This document shows, one piece after another, positions 11,028 through 22,400 of a stretch of 64,000 bases of DNA. A model generated the notes under the pieces. It saw only the letters and a program-made list of their open reading frames with translations. It was not told the origin of the DNA and did not search any database. The stretch is from Flectonema sp. DT1601 (taxonomy: Eukaryota). Made by a program: the position numbers and the translations under genes. The DNA is taken from positions 496,001 through 560,000 of the forward strand of contig OZ025797.1 in NCBI GenBank assembly GCA_964019425.1, read 5' to 3'. Each line of letters opens with the position of its first letter. The first letter of the stretch is position 1.

Positions 11028-13919
11028 ATGTTAGCTGTAGTAATTGCTGTGGTACTATCCACATGCAAAGTTGACGGGGATACAAACTCATGGGAAGAAT
11101 ATTATGGAAAAACATTAACCCTCCGAAGTGAAGGAAGGCTACGAGAAGCCTTAGATTGTGGAGAACAAGCATTAAGTATGAAAGGCAGATCAGCGATGGT
11201 CGTGTGTACAGTAGGAGATATTATGAAGAAGATGTCAATTAATGAAAAGGGATGGAAGACTTTATCTAAATGTGTTAAGGAACTACGTAATGATATCCAC
11301 AGCGACGATGAAGACTTGGCGATCACTGCTGAGCAACAATTGGCCTTAAATACTTTTGGGATGGGTGACATCATACGAAAGTCTGACATCAGTAGAAAAT
11401 TCATTGAAGCCAACAGTGAGATTACTACCTCAGGTAACTCAACTACTTGGAGGGGACTAACTTCAGTAAAATATTACCAAACAGCAGCTGATGTGTTCAA
11501 CAACATCATCAAAGAAGATATTAATGATCAACACACTTCTAATGCTCAGTACGGCTACTCAGTAGCTCAGCACAATATTGGGTCTGCGTTGAGTACTTCT
11601 GATCCATCATCGGCATTGGCTGCTTTCTTATTAGCGATTAAATCAAATTCTGGTCAGTTCGAGTCTTACACCAACGCAGCCCAGTTGTTATATTCCTTGA
11701 ATAAAGTATCTGAAGCCTTTCAACTACATAACAAAGCGCTTACAGGGTTGGCTTCAGATCCCACGAAAGATGCTCATCAGTGTGCTGAGCGATACCTCGA
11801 TTTCCTTTTTCAAGATGATGTTAAAAACTGTACTGCTTTATTGAAGGCGAAAAGTATGATTGCGAAAATGGAAAATGCAAAAAGGGTCCTGAGTGATAAG
11901 AAACATAAATTTCAAGTCGCCTACTGCCAACTACAACAAAATACTAAAACTGAAAGAGCACTGAGTGTGATAAGAAAACTTGCTGATGCTGATGCCAGTG
12001 GTGAGTCAGCTTACAACATGGCTACCAATCTACTTGAGGTTGCAACAGTCTCAAAGAAAGATGTTATTATTCCGTTGTTCAGACAGTCTCTTTCTCAGAG
12101 AAAATGCGACTCAAAATCCCCCCCTGACTCTGACTGTGCCTACACTTGGAACAATCTGGGAATCTCTTATGAGAAATCTGGTTTATTATTAGAAGCGGAG
12201 AACTCTTACAAGTCGTCGTTGAACTTTAAACCAAACTTTCCGAGAGCAGCTACCAATCTGGCCAGCATTATAAAACAGACTGGCAATGGTGAAAATGCTG
12301 AAGAAAATTTACTTTCGGTTATAAAGCAGAATCCTGAATTTGGTGAAGCATATAATAACATAGCAGTTCTTTATAGTGAAACAGGTCAACTAAGAGAGTC
12401 GTTGTGGTATTATGAGAAGGCAGTGCAGCTGTTGTCGACTGACGACTCGTTATTAAATTACGCTCATGCTGCTAAACGTGTTTGTGATTGGAAGAATTAC
12501 AATCTCAGGATTCACACACTCTCAAAGAGGCTTCAAAAAGATAAAAGTAACACAACTCCAGAGAACATCAGAATCCTCCACCTGTTAAGTTATCCTTACA
12601 TGTCTGAAAAGCTAATTCAAAAAGTTGCCAATCAAAGAGTAAATAACTATTTACTTCCGTTCTCAAGAGAATTGGTACCGGACGTTGAAAAATTATTCCA
12701 GTTCGAACCCGAGTGGAGAACAATTTCTATCATTTCTTCAGATATGAAGCATCATCCTGTAGGATATGCATTGACATCTCTGTTGGTTGGATCGAATGAT
12801 GATGATGACGGAATTGATATTGATTGTTTTTCGGTAAATTTACAGAAATCAGACGACATAACTGACCTCCTTCTCACTGGATGCTCTTCTTTTATAAATA
12901 TTAATCACAGCCCTGCAACTCAAGTTGATCTCAATGTGATTTCATCATTACAACAACAACAAAAAACCTTACCATCAATTCTCATAGATGTTAATGGAAA
13001 CACACAGGGTGGAGCAGAGTTGCTTTTTGGTGCAATAAAACAGTCAAAAATACCACACAAACCATCAACTGTTGGATACCTTGGTTATCCGTTTGGTTCA
13101 CAAGGTGTTAATGATTATTTTATATCAGATGTAATGGTACTGCCTCCATCTTGGGTTGGTTCTCAAATAACTGAATGTGTTGTTTACTTAACACCGACTT
13201 ATATGGGTGGAGGAGGTATTGACGAAGTGATTCACTCTGATGATGCAGCAGATACTGAATCGGAAATAGTTTTGGAAATAATAAATAAAAGATCAAGAGG
13301 GATCCCAACTGCCTGCTATACAGGTCAACCCTATAAATTATCATCAGATCTAATCGATATCTGGGTCAACCTTTTAGAATCTGTTCCGAGTTTGATATTA
13401 ATTCTTTCAGAATGGGATGATTCGGCATCAAAGAATAATTTAATAAGAGAAGCAAACAGTCGAGGAATTGTTGAGAACATTTATTTCATTCCATACTTTG
13501 ATAAGCAATCCTACAGAGATACTCACAAACAAGTTTGTTCAGTGATGTTAGATACTCCAATTAATTACGGAGGTCATGTCAGTACCTTAGACAGCATCAT
13601 TTCATCAATCCCAGTCATTACAATGTGGGGATCAACTGTTAGAACTCGAGCATCAGCTGCAATTATGTCATCACTTGGGTTGCCTTCCTTAGTCGCTCAT
13701 TCACTTCGAGAATATGAATTAATTGCGGGCAGATATCTATCTAATCAAGAGCTTCTCTCATCTGCTACTAAAAGTATTCAAAAGTCTCATGAAAACAATT
13801 TGAACCTATTCAATACAAAACGGTATAAGAAATCATTTAATAATGCCATGACTATAATAAAGAAATTACACAGACTGGGAATGGTGAGACACGTTGTTCC
13901 GGATGATAACTTTCATTAA
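11028..13919 (+). CDS. TPR-containing GT41 glycosyltransferase (OGT/SPINDLY-like) with a predicted signal peptide
   Basis: TPRs (AYTWNNLGISY, PNFPRAATNLA, PEFGEAYNNIA); GT41 motifs SSDMKHHPVG, DVNGNTQG, YLGYP..DYFISD, QPYKL, LDTPINYGGH, PVITMWG...RASAAIMSSLGL. First ATG (11028) gives MLAVVIAVVLSTCKVDG. Confidence 0.85.
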   Translation: MLAVVIAVVLSTCKVDGDTNSWEEYYGKTLTLRSEGRLREALDCGEQALSMKGRSAMVVCTVGDIMKKMSINEKGWKTLSKCVKELRNDIHSDDEDLAITAEQQLALNTFGMGDIIRKSDISRKFIEANSEITTSGNSTTWRGLTSVKYYQTAADVFNNIIKEDINDQHTSNAQYGYSVAQHNIGSALSTSDPSSALAAFLLAIKSNSGQFESYTNAAQLLYSLNKVSEAFQLHNKALTGLASDPTKDAHQCAERYLDFLFQDDVKNCTALLKAKSMIAKMENAKRVLSDKKHKFQVAYCQLQQNTKTERALSVIRKLADADASGESAYNMATNLLEVATVSKKDVIIPLFRQSLSQRKCDSKSPPDSDCAYTWNNLGISYEKSGLLLEAENSYKSSLNFKPNFPRAATNLASIIKQTGNGENAEENLLSVIKQNPEFGEAYNNIAVLYSETGQLRESLWYYEKAVQLLSTDDSLLNYAHAAKRVCDWKNYNLRIHTLSKRLQKDKSNTTPENIRILHLLSYPYMSEKLIQKVANQRVNNYLLPFSRELVPDVEKLFQFEPEWRTISIISSDMKHHPVGYALTSLLVGSNDDDDGIDIDCFSVNLQKSDDITDLLLTGCSSFININHSPATQVDLNVISSLQQQQKTLPSILIDVNGNTQGGAELLFGAIKQSKIPHKPSTVGYLGYPFGSQGVNDYFISDVMVLPPSWVGSQITECVVYLTPTYMGGGGIDEVIHSDDAADTESEIVLEIINKRSRGIPTACYTGQPYKLSSDLIDIWVNLLESVPSLILILSEWDDSASKNNLIREANSRGIVENIYFIPYFDKQSYRDTHKQVCSVMLDTPINYGGHVSTLDSIISSIPVITMWGSTVRTRASAAIMSSLGLPSLVAHSLREYELIAGRYLSNQELLSSATKSIQKSHENNLNLFNTKRYKKSFNNAMTIIKKLHRLGMVRHVVPDDNFH

Positions 13920-14090
13920 TCGTGTTGTTGGTTTCATTATGTTTACGATCGGCTTCTTATTCACTAAAAAACAAACGTTAAATTTTATTACTCGAAATAC
14001 TCTTTTTATAATTCAGGTCTTGTTTTAAAAACATGGTTTGGTTGGTAATTTAAAAAAAATATATATTTCTCAGCTCCTCACAATATTATT

Positions 14091-15356
14091 ATGTTTCGTG
14101 TTGCAATTATTGGAAGTGGTCCTGGAGGATTCTACACAGCGCAATCACTGTTGAAGGGCATGCCTAACGTTGAAGTCGATATCTTTGATAAACTACCAGT
14201 TCCATTTGGTCTTGTCAGGTATGGTATCGCTCCAGATCATCAGGATGCGAAGAACGTTAGAAATTCATTTACTGATTCCTTTGAAGGGTGTGGTGACAGA
14301 GCAAGGTTCTTCGGCAACATTGAAGTCAACACCACCTGCTCTGATGAATTGAATAAGTTTAAATCTGCCTACGACAAAGTAATCTTAGCAACTGGTCTCC
14401 CACAGGCTAAGAAGTTAAATATTCCTGGTGAAGATGACTTTATCGTACCAGCAAAGAACTTCGTTGAATATTACAACGGGTACCCAGGGACGAAATCCGC
14501 ATTTAACTTGTCCTCACCTCGGAAGGTTATTATTATAGGAAATGGTAATGTATCTCTCGACTGTGCTCGTGTTTTGCTTTGTCCAAACAAATTTGAGTCG
14601 ACTGACATAGCTAGTGAAGCATACAAAAATATCCGAACCTCAGGTGTTCAGAACGTCGATATTATAGCTCGTCGTGGAATTGTCAACACGGCGTTCACAA
14701 TAAAGGAATTCCGGGATCTCACAAAACTACTTCCTATCTCAGTACAAGACAAAGACTTGGAGCATTCATCTGACATGAAGAAGTATTCTAGAAAGGCCAG
14801 GATGTTGGATTTAATACGTCAACAAGATGGTAATGACTCTGCTCCACTAACTCTGAGGTACCTCAGAAAACCAATTGAAGCGACAGCAGAAGGACTCGTT
14901 GTTTCAATTCAACGTGTTGTTAGTGAAGAAGAAGGAACTGTTGAAGATACCGGTAACACAGAACTCATACCTGGAGATCAGATTCTCAGCAGTGCCGGGT
15001 ACTTTGTTCCAAACAGACCGAAGGCCGATCCTCAAAGTGGTCTAATCGATGGTGAAGATCGTCTTCATACTGCTGGTTGGCTCAAGTTTGGTCCAAAGGG
15101 AACTGTCCTCGCTGCCTACGCTGACTCTAAAGCAGTAACTTCGTCTCTTATCTCTGATTTACAAAAGTCCTCTCCTTCAGAACGCCTTGGAGTAGCTCAT
15201 CCAGAAATTGAAAAGATCATCTCCGACTCTTCTGTGAGTTGGGAACAATGGAAAAGAATAAAATCTTTTGAAGATCTCGAAGGAAAGAATCTCGGCAAAG
15301 TTAGCGAGAAAATTACATCAGTTGAGCAGATGATGAGAATTGCGAAATCTGCGTAA
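14091..15356 (+). CDS. FDXR: NADPH:adrenodoxin (ferredoxin) oxidoreductase
   Basis: VAIIGSGPGGFY, PVPFGLVRYGIAPDH, IIGNGNVSLDCAR, TDIA, AFTIKEFR and AGWLKFGPKG motifs of the AdR/Arh1 family. Confidence 0.92.
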   Translation: MFRVAIIGSGPGGFYTAQSLLKGMPNVEVDIFDKLPVPFGLVRYGIAPDHQDAKNVRNSFTDSFEGCGDRARFFGNIEVNTTCSDELNKFKSAYDKVILATGLPQAKKLNIPGEDDFIVPAKNFVEYYNGYPGTKSAFNLSSPRKVIIIGNGNVSLDCARVLLCPNKFESTDIASEAYKNIRTSGVQNVDIIARRGIVNTAFTIKEFRDLTKLLPISVQDKDLEHSSDMKKYSRKARMLDLIRQQDGNDSAPLTLRYLRKPIEATAEGLVVSIQRVVSEEEGTVEDTGNTELIPGDQILSSAGYFVPNRPKADPQSGLIDGEDRLHTAGWLKFGPKGTVLAAYADSKAVTSSLISDLQKSSPSERLGVAHPEIEKIISDSSVSWEQWKRIKSFEDLEGKNLGKVSEKITSVEQMMRIAKSA

Positions 15357-15756
15357 AGTCAACTGAGTCATTTTCACAACTTTGACGGTGCGTTCTTTTT
15401 ATAGGAACCAAACGCCATGTCGTTGGCCTTAATCTGACTCTACCCTCAAGCACCCGCTGTCTTTGAAGGTTTGCTGTTCTTAGTTAACTAAACGATATTC
15501 TAACTCACTTCGTTATTTAGTTCTCATCCTCGATTTGTAGCAACACACGATATCGATAGTGATGACAACTTGAAACCCAACTAATGCGATAGAAGTCATC
15601 GGGTTAGAACCATTCTGTGGCAGTGAGTCAACCGGAGACAATGTAATCTTCTGAAGGTAATTTATTATTATTTTTTACTTCATTTAATCAGGTCAAAATA
15701 TTCCAACGCAACGATACAATTCAGACTAGTTTAGTAGATCGATAAAATAAATAATA

Positions 15757-15969
15757 GGGCAAAGGGGTATTTCCTACACAAATGGTTTCAGAACGAGCGT
15801 TCAGCTGATGTGAGCATGGTACCATGTACCATTCAGCCATGACCGTTCTGAAAGACAGCTGGGTATCTCGATGCGTCCCGTAAGGTCCAGGGAACACCCC
15901 ACAGCCATTTTGGATTTTGTAATAAACGCTCGTTCTGAAACTATTTGTGTAGTAAACGCTAGTTTGCCC
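15757..15969. mobile_element. Mutator(MULE)-type MITE, 213 bp
   Basis: ~45-bp imperfect TIRs (GGGCAAA...CTACACAAATGGTTTCAGAACGAGCGTT / AACGCTCGTTCTGAAACTATTTGTGTAG...TTTGCCC) and a perfect 9-bp TSD TAAATAATA (15748-15756, 15970-15978). Confidence 0.9.
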
Positions 15970-16195
15970 TAAATAATATAAAGATTATTTATATTATTTC
16001 TCACACAGTCTGGTCCCATCTCAACCTTACACAATAATATGGGAATTATTTCATCTCTTTGCGATGTATGTTTTGTTGTTTTTTCTTTATTAAATTTTGG
16101 GAAAACCCCTAATTCCACAAAAATAGTTTGCGAAATCGCCAACTCATCACAAGAAAAAAACGTCCCTCCCTGGTATGAATAAAAGAGAGAAAGAA

Positions 16196-16234
16196 AAGCA
16201 ACGATTCTAAAGCTACAGTTTCTGTACTTTATTG
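16196..16234 (+). other. Genomic copy of the 39-nt euglenozoan spliced-leader exon (not an SL RNA gene)
   Basis: AAGCAACGATTCTAAAGCTACAGTTTCTGTACTTTATTG; 3 differences from the Diplonema SL as I recall it (AACCAACGATTTAAAAGCTACAGTTTCTGTACTTTATTG). Followed by GG, not the GT donor of an SL RNA gene. Confidence 0.92.
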
Positions 16235-16246
16235 GGGATACAAACT

Positions 16247-16607
16247 ATGAGAGACAACCTGAAGAGGTTAGTATCGGAGGCTATAAACCTCCTGAAGATG
16301 GTGGGAGATGATGGGATCCCCGAGTGTGAGAAAGAGAAACGGGTGGCGAATCTCCTGATGGAGGTTATCCAGTTCGTGACGGGGTCGGAAAAGAAGAAGA
16401 CCGGACACTCCCGAAGTGGGTAGTGGGATGGATGCGACCGCGACGGCCCCAACTGCGGGCAGCAATCAACCAGCAACAGAGGCGTCTACAGCTTCTAATC
16501 AACAGACAACATCGGCACCTAAACAACCAACGTTTTCGTTTTCGTTGCCTGTACCATCATCAACATCGACTAAACAAACCACAAGGGGGAATGCTAAAAC
16601 AAGCTAA
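16247..16607 (+). pseudogene. Short or frameshifted ORF inside the SL-bearing element, product unknown
   Basis: ATG follows the SL after a 12-nt spacer; 58-aa helical ORF (MRDNLKRLVSEAINLL...) to 16423, continued in another frame by a Ser/Thr/Ala-rich stretch; GC-richer than the flanks. Confidence 0.5.
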
Positions 16608-16996
16608 CCGGAATGGCATGTACACGGCGCGTGGGCGAGCACCCCCGAAATACAGTCTGAATCAGCTCTTCCTGTGTGCGGAAGTAGTCTCCAACAGCAT
16701 AAGTAGTAGCAGGCATCTTTTAATTTTTTTTGTGGAAAGCTGCAACAAAAAAACTTTGTAACAAAAGAATTTTTTGTGAAAAAAAAATCGGTCAAGTTCG
16801 AGTGCGGTAACTTTTTTCCCTAATATTTCGGCCGATGGTCAATTTTTCGGGTCAAGTTCGAGTCCTGGTGGATAACTTTTTTTGTAGGGAGTTGGCGATT
16901 TCGCAAAATATTATTTTTGTTGAATTAGAGGTTTTCCCATAAAATTTTACAAAAATTTGATTCAATCAACAAACACAACCACAGGAGGAATCAGAG

Positions 16997-18288
16997 ATGG
17001 AAGCAAATCTCATCGATAATAACGCGGCGGGGGTTGGTTCTGCCGGTTTACAGGCAGCAACAGTTGCTGGAGGTTTGTTCTTTTTTATAAAAAAGATTAT
17101 TTACCTTCAGTCAAGAGAAAGAACAATAAAACCACAAACATCACAGTGGCATTGTTTGTGTTCGGAGGAAAGCGTCCTCGATTTCGAATGAACAATCCGA
17201 AACTTAATAACTTTAAACCACGAGCAGTACCAGCAGCAGTGTACCCAGGACCAGGTCGAAGAGGATTGTTAATTGGAATAAATTATTTAAATACAAAAGC
17301 CGAGCTCTCTGGTTGTATCAACGACGTCAAGCGAATGGCACAACGAATGCAAGGAACGTACCAACTGTTAGTTCTTACGGATGACTCAAAGGATTCTAAC
17401 AGAGTCCCTACTAAGGATAATATTATGAGAGGATTAGTTTGGTTGGCAAGAGGAATGTTAGCAGGTGGAAAGGAGACAGCGTTTTTACACTTTTCAGGTC
17501 ACGGATCTCAACAAAAAGATAAAACTGGTGATGAGATTGACGGACTTGATGAAACAATCTGCCCAGTTGATTATTCAACATCAGGTATGATTACTGATAA
17601 TGACTTAAAGTCTGTACTGCTGACCAGAATACCAACTGGAAATAGACTTCTCGCAGTTATGGATTGCTGTCATTCTGGTACTGTACTTGATCTCCCATAC
17701 TACTGTCTTCCACAAGGTAATCCACATGATTATATAATGATGGGTGATCAAATGTCTGAAAAGAACCATCTTAATTGTGATGTTCTTATGATCAGCGGGT
17801 GTGCAGACGCTCAGACTTCTGCTGACGTCCATTCTGTTGGTGATCAGTTTATTGAATTGGAAGCTGAAAAATCTGCTGGTGGAGCTCTCACTTCCGCTCT
17901 TGTGATTACTATGTCTCAGAATCCAAGACAGAATCTGAAGATGTTGTTGCAGTCATTACGAAATAGTTTAGCTGCGAAAGGATTTAAACAGCTTCCTCAA
18001 ATATCTGGATCATTACCTTACGATACGAGGACTACTGTTTTTGATTTATTCCCTGAGTCTTTTAATGAAAACAATATTGGTACTCACAGGAGTGTCTCGC
18101 AATCATATTCCCATCAATCATACTCTCCTCGTTCAGTTTCTTATTATAACTCTCAGCGTCGGTCACAATATGACAGGCAGGCAGTTGTGTCACCTGCCTC
18201 TATGAGATCTGCGTACTCTGCTGCGACTATTCCTACTGATACAGTTGAACCGTATCCAAGTTCTCGAAATGGTATTCATAGATTCTAA
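16997..18288 (+). CDS. Type I metacaspase (C14B), join(16997..17072,17147..18288)
   Basis: GLLIGINY, LSGCINDV, catalytic HFSGHG and DCCHSG, SGCADAQTSAD. GT-AG intron 17073-17146 restores the frame and gives a hydrophobic N-terminus; Ser/Tyr-rich C-tail reminiscent of trypanosomatid MCA5. Confidence 0.9.
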
Positions 18289-19422
18289 GTCAGCAGTCAG
18301 CTACCGAGTGTGGTTTGGTTTGCGGTGTCATTTTCTGTCTTACTTTGTTGATTTAATAAATCTTTTATGTCTGTTTTTTTGTTGTATTTACCCTTTCTCT
18401 TGGTAAGTTTTACTTGTGTTTTTGGTCGGGATACTTAATCCCCAATCCTCATAGTCTTCTTATGTATTGTAATCTTTTGTGTGAGGTAATAAAAAAGGGA
18501 CTTTTAAAACATTCGATTCTGCAAACTTGAGACCTTATTATTGTTATTATTTTTCTTTTTTTTTTAGTTTTACTTTTACTAACATTAGCAGTTTCGTTAA
18601 TTACTAATGTCTAAATTAGAATGACTCTTATAACCTGTCTTTGCTTATGGTATGTACTGTTGGGACCTGAGACTCGGAGGGGAGGTTTTTTCTTTTGTTT
18701 ATATTTATCGATAGCAGTCTACATCATGTTTATTTTTTCGAGTAGCAGTCTGTTGCTATCTCTATTGTTTTATCGGATTTGGTACAATATTTTATTATTC
18801 GATTTCAAGGAATCAATTTCATGTTGGGTTCCGACGGGTTTTTTTTTTTTTTTTTTTTTTGAAAAACTATTCAGATTAGCGTCTGTTATTATTGTGTCGG
18901 TATCATCTATTTTCCTTGAGAGAGGTTCGGTATTTTCCTGCGATCAACAAAATATAAAACTATATCTGAATAGTTTCTCAACTATTGCAATCCTGGTGTC
19001 ATCGTTATCACCATCACACTTTTGTAGGTTGTGTTTTATCATATGTCATGACGACAATCTATTTTCTGTCCTCTAACCTTACGTCTCTTGTGATAAAGAG
19101 ATGAGTGTCTTTGTTGTATGTTGTTGTTTTTTTTATTTTTTCAATTTTGATATTGTGTGCTGAGAAACTGTTAGAAAACACTACAGCTTTTCCCCCACAA
19201 AAAAAATTTTTTTAAAATTAAAAAACAAACTGATGATGATTGTTGTTAAGTTGAGCATCGCCAGCTAGTTATCCATAACAGATATTTTATAAATTTAATC
19301 TTTATCGTTTGATTGATTTAACATTTCTGTGAGGTGAAATATTGGTACTAACAGTGACAAACATCATCATCATCATTATTATTATTATTATTTCTTGATT
19401 AATAAACAGAAATACCAAAACC

Positions 19423-22400
19423 ATGAAACGGTTATCAGCCATCGCTGGGGTGATGGCTTTCGGCTTGAATTCAGCATCCGCTCAATGCGACTCAACATTA
19501 GCGATTTGTGTTGGAACTGGTCCAGTTTGCACAGATGAGTGTGATGGAAACCTTTCTTGTCAACTAATGGCTAATACCTATGGATGTGCTAATGTTGTTA
19601 CTTACAGTAATTGTAATAACGGAAGATGCGATTGTACTTGTCCACCAGGAGCACCAGTTCCGGCGCCAACAGCTGCAAAGACTGGACCATGCACAGGTAT
19701 TACATCTGCTTGTTACTCTGCATTAGCTGATTGGCAAATTCAATCAGTCCTCGCTAAGCACAATGAATTCAGAGCATACCATGGAGCCTGCCCTCTCACT
19801 TATGATACGACCATTGCTGAGTACTCAAAAGGAAGCTCTGGTTTCGTCACCACTTGTACTAGTGGTTCTCTTACTCACAATGACCCTCCACAATACTCTA
19901 GAGGTAGACTTGGTGAAAACTTAGCCAGTGTTGGTGGAAATAAGGATGTCCACAACTGGGATCCTGCGGACGGTGTAAACAACTGGTATTGCAAGGAAGA
20001 AAAGTGTTGGAACTACGCCACCGCCAGGGAATCCGGTGTGACTGGTCACATGACACAAGTCGTATGGAAAGCAACGACTACAGTAGGATGTGGATTATGT
20101 CATGAAGTAAGTGGAGGATTTACAAATGTGTATCTAATTTGTAATTATGAGACTGCTGGTAACTTTGGAAATATGGGAACTGGAGGCGGCTATGCCACCA
20201 ACGTTGGCAATCCGGGAACTACTGCTTCAGGCTGTACTCCAACTGGAACAGACGAATGCATGCCAACTAATCCTTGTGGTACTGGTCAAACATGTAATGA
20301 TCCAGATACTTCAAACATGGGAGATTATACTTGTACGTGTGATAGTGATACTTCAATTATGGCAACTGGTGGTACAGCAACTTGTACAACTGATGAGTGT
20401 ACTTCAACAACTAATCCTTGTGGCACATCAAATGATCAAACTTGTAACGATCCAAATACTTCTGCAAACTCACTTCATGACTTCACCTGTACTTGCACTG
20501 CCGACACGAGTGTTGTGCAGACTGATGGCGCGGCCACCTGCACGAAAGATGAATGCTCGCCAAACCCGTGTGGCACAGGACAGACTTGTAATGATCCTTC
20601 TCAAACCCTCACCTCATTGCAAGATTATACCTGTACATGTACTAACGGGGTAGTTGCAACTGGTGCTGCAGTTGCTATGTGCGTAAGTGATGAGTGTACC
20701 TCCAATCCTTGTGGTACTGGAATGGATCAAACCTGTAATGATCCAAATACTGCTTCTAACTCACTTCATGACTTCACCTGTACCTGCACTGCCGACACGA
20801 GTGTTGTGCAGACTGACGCACCTGCCACCTGCACGAAGGACGAATGCTCACCAAACCCTTGTGGAAGTCAGACTTGCAATGACCCTGTCCAGACATTGGC
20901 ATCTCTTGGGGACTTCACCTGCACGTGCATGAACGGAGTCGTCGCTACTGGTACTGCAGCCACCTGTACAAATGATGAGTGTACGACAACAATGAACCCT
21001 TGTGGTACTGGAATGGATCAGACCTGTAATGATCCAAACACTGCAGCCAACACACTTCACGACTTTGTTTGTACCTGCACTGCGGACACCAGTATCACTC
21101 GTGTTGATGGGGCAGCGAGTTGCACAACGAATGAATGTGATTCTAACCCATGTGATGCTGCTCAAAGTCAAACTTGTAATGATCCTAACCAATCTGCTGG
21201 TTCAACTGGAGACTACACCTGCACGTGTCCTAATAATGTCGTAGCTACTGGTGGTCCTGTATCTCAATGTGTCACTGATGAATGTCAACCATCTCCGTGT
21301 GGAAGTGATCAGACTTGTAATGACCCCAACATGGCTTCAAATGTACTTCACGACTTCACCTGCACGTGTAACGCTGATACTTCCATTGTTCAGACTGATG
21401 GTGCAGCTAGCTGCACTAAGGATGAATGCCTTCCTAACAATCCGTGCGGAACTCAAACCTGCAATGACCCCGTCAAAACCTTTGGTTCTGTTAGAGACTA
21501 CACCTGCACGTGTACTAATGGAGTAGTAGCGACTGGTGCTTCCGCCACCTGTGACACTGATGAGTGTACCTCCAATCCTTGTGGTACTGGAATGGATCAA
21601 ACCTGTAATGATCCAAATACTGCTTCTAACTCACTTCATGACTTCACCTGTACCTGCACTGCCGACACGAGTGTTGTGCAGACTGACGCACCTGCCACCT
21701 GCACGAAGGACGAATGCTCACCAAACCCTTGTGGAAGTCAGACTTGCAATGACCCTGTCCAGACATTGGCATCTCTTGGGGACTTCACCTGCACGTGCAT
21801 GAACGGAGTCGTCGCTACTGGTGCTGCAGCCACCTGTACAAATGATGAGTGTACGACAACAATGAACCCTTGTGGTACTGGAATGGATCAGACCTGTAAT
21901 GATCCAAACACTGCAGCCAACACACTTCACGACTTTGTTTGTACCTGCACTGCGGACACCAGTATCACTCGTGTTGATGGGGCAGCGAGTTGCACAACGA
22001 ATGAATGTGATTCTAACCCATGTGATGCTGCTCAAAGTCAAACTTGTAATGATCCTAACCAATCTGCTGGTTCAACTGGAGACTACACCTGCACGTGTCC
22101 TAATAATGTCGTAGCTACTGGTGGTCCTGTATCTCAATGTGTCACTGATGAATGTCAACCATCTCCGTGTGGAAGTGATCAGACTTGTAATGACCCCAAC
22201 ATGGCTTCAAATGTACTTCACGACTTCACCTGCACGTGTAACGCTGATACTTCCATTGTTCAGACTGATGGTGCGGCAACGTGCTCAAGAGATGAATGCA
22301 CTCCAAACCCTTGTGATCTTAGTCAGTCACAGACTTGCAATGACCCGAGTCCGTTACCAAGTTCACTTAATGACTTCGTATGTGCCTGTCCGAATGGAGT

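Larger units (their letters stand above)
16099..16938 (+). mobile_element. 840-bp non-autonomous TIR (MULE-like) element carrying a spliced-leader exon
   Basis: TIRs 16099-16145 (GGGAAAACCCCTAATTCCACAAAAATAGTTTGCGAAATCGCCAACTC) and 16889-16938 (reverse complement GGGAAAACCTCTAATTCAACAAAAATAATATTTTGCGAAATCGCCAACTC); flanks ATTAAATTTT / ATAAAATTTT form a 10-bp TSD with one mismatch. Confidence 0.85.

Noticed and set aside
15559..15654. Box C/D snoRNA (GTGATGA...CTGA)
   Set aside because: No terminal stem and no convincing rRNA-complementary guide that I can verify.
16196..16300. SL RNA gene
   Set aside because: No GT donor after the exon, no SL intron, Sm-like site or T-tract, and not in a tandem array.
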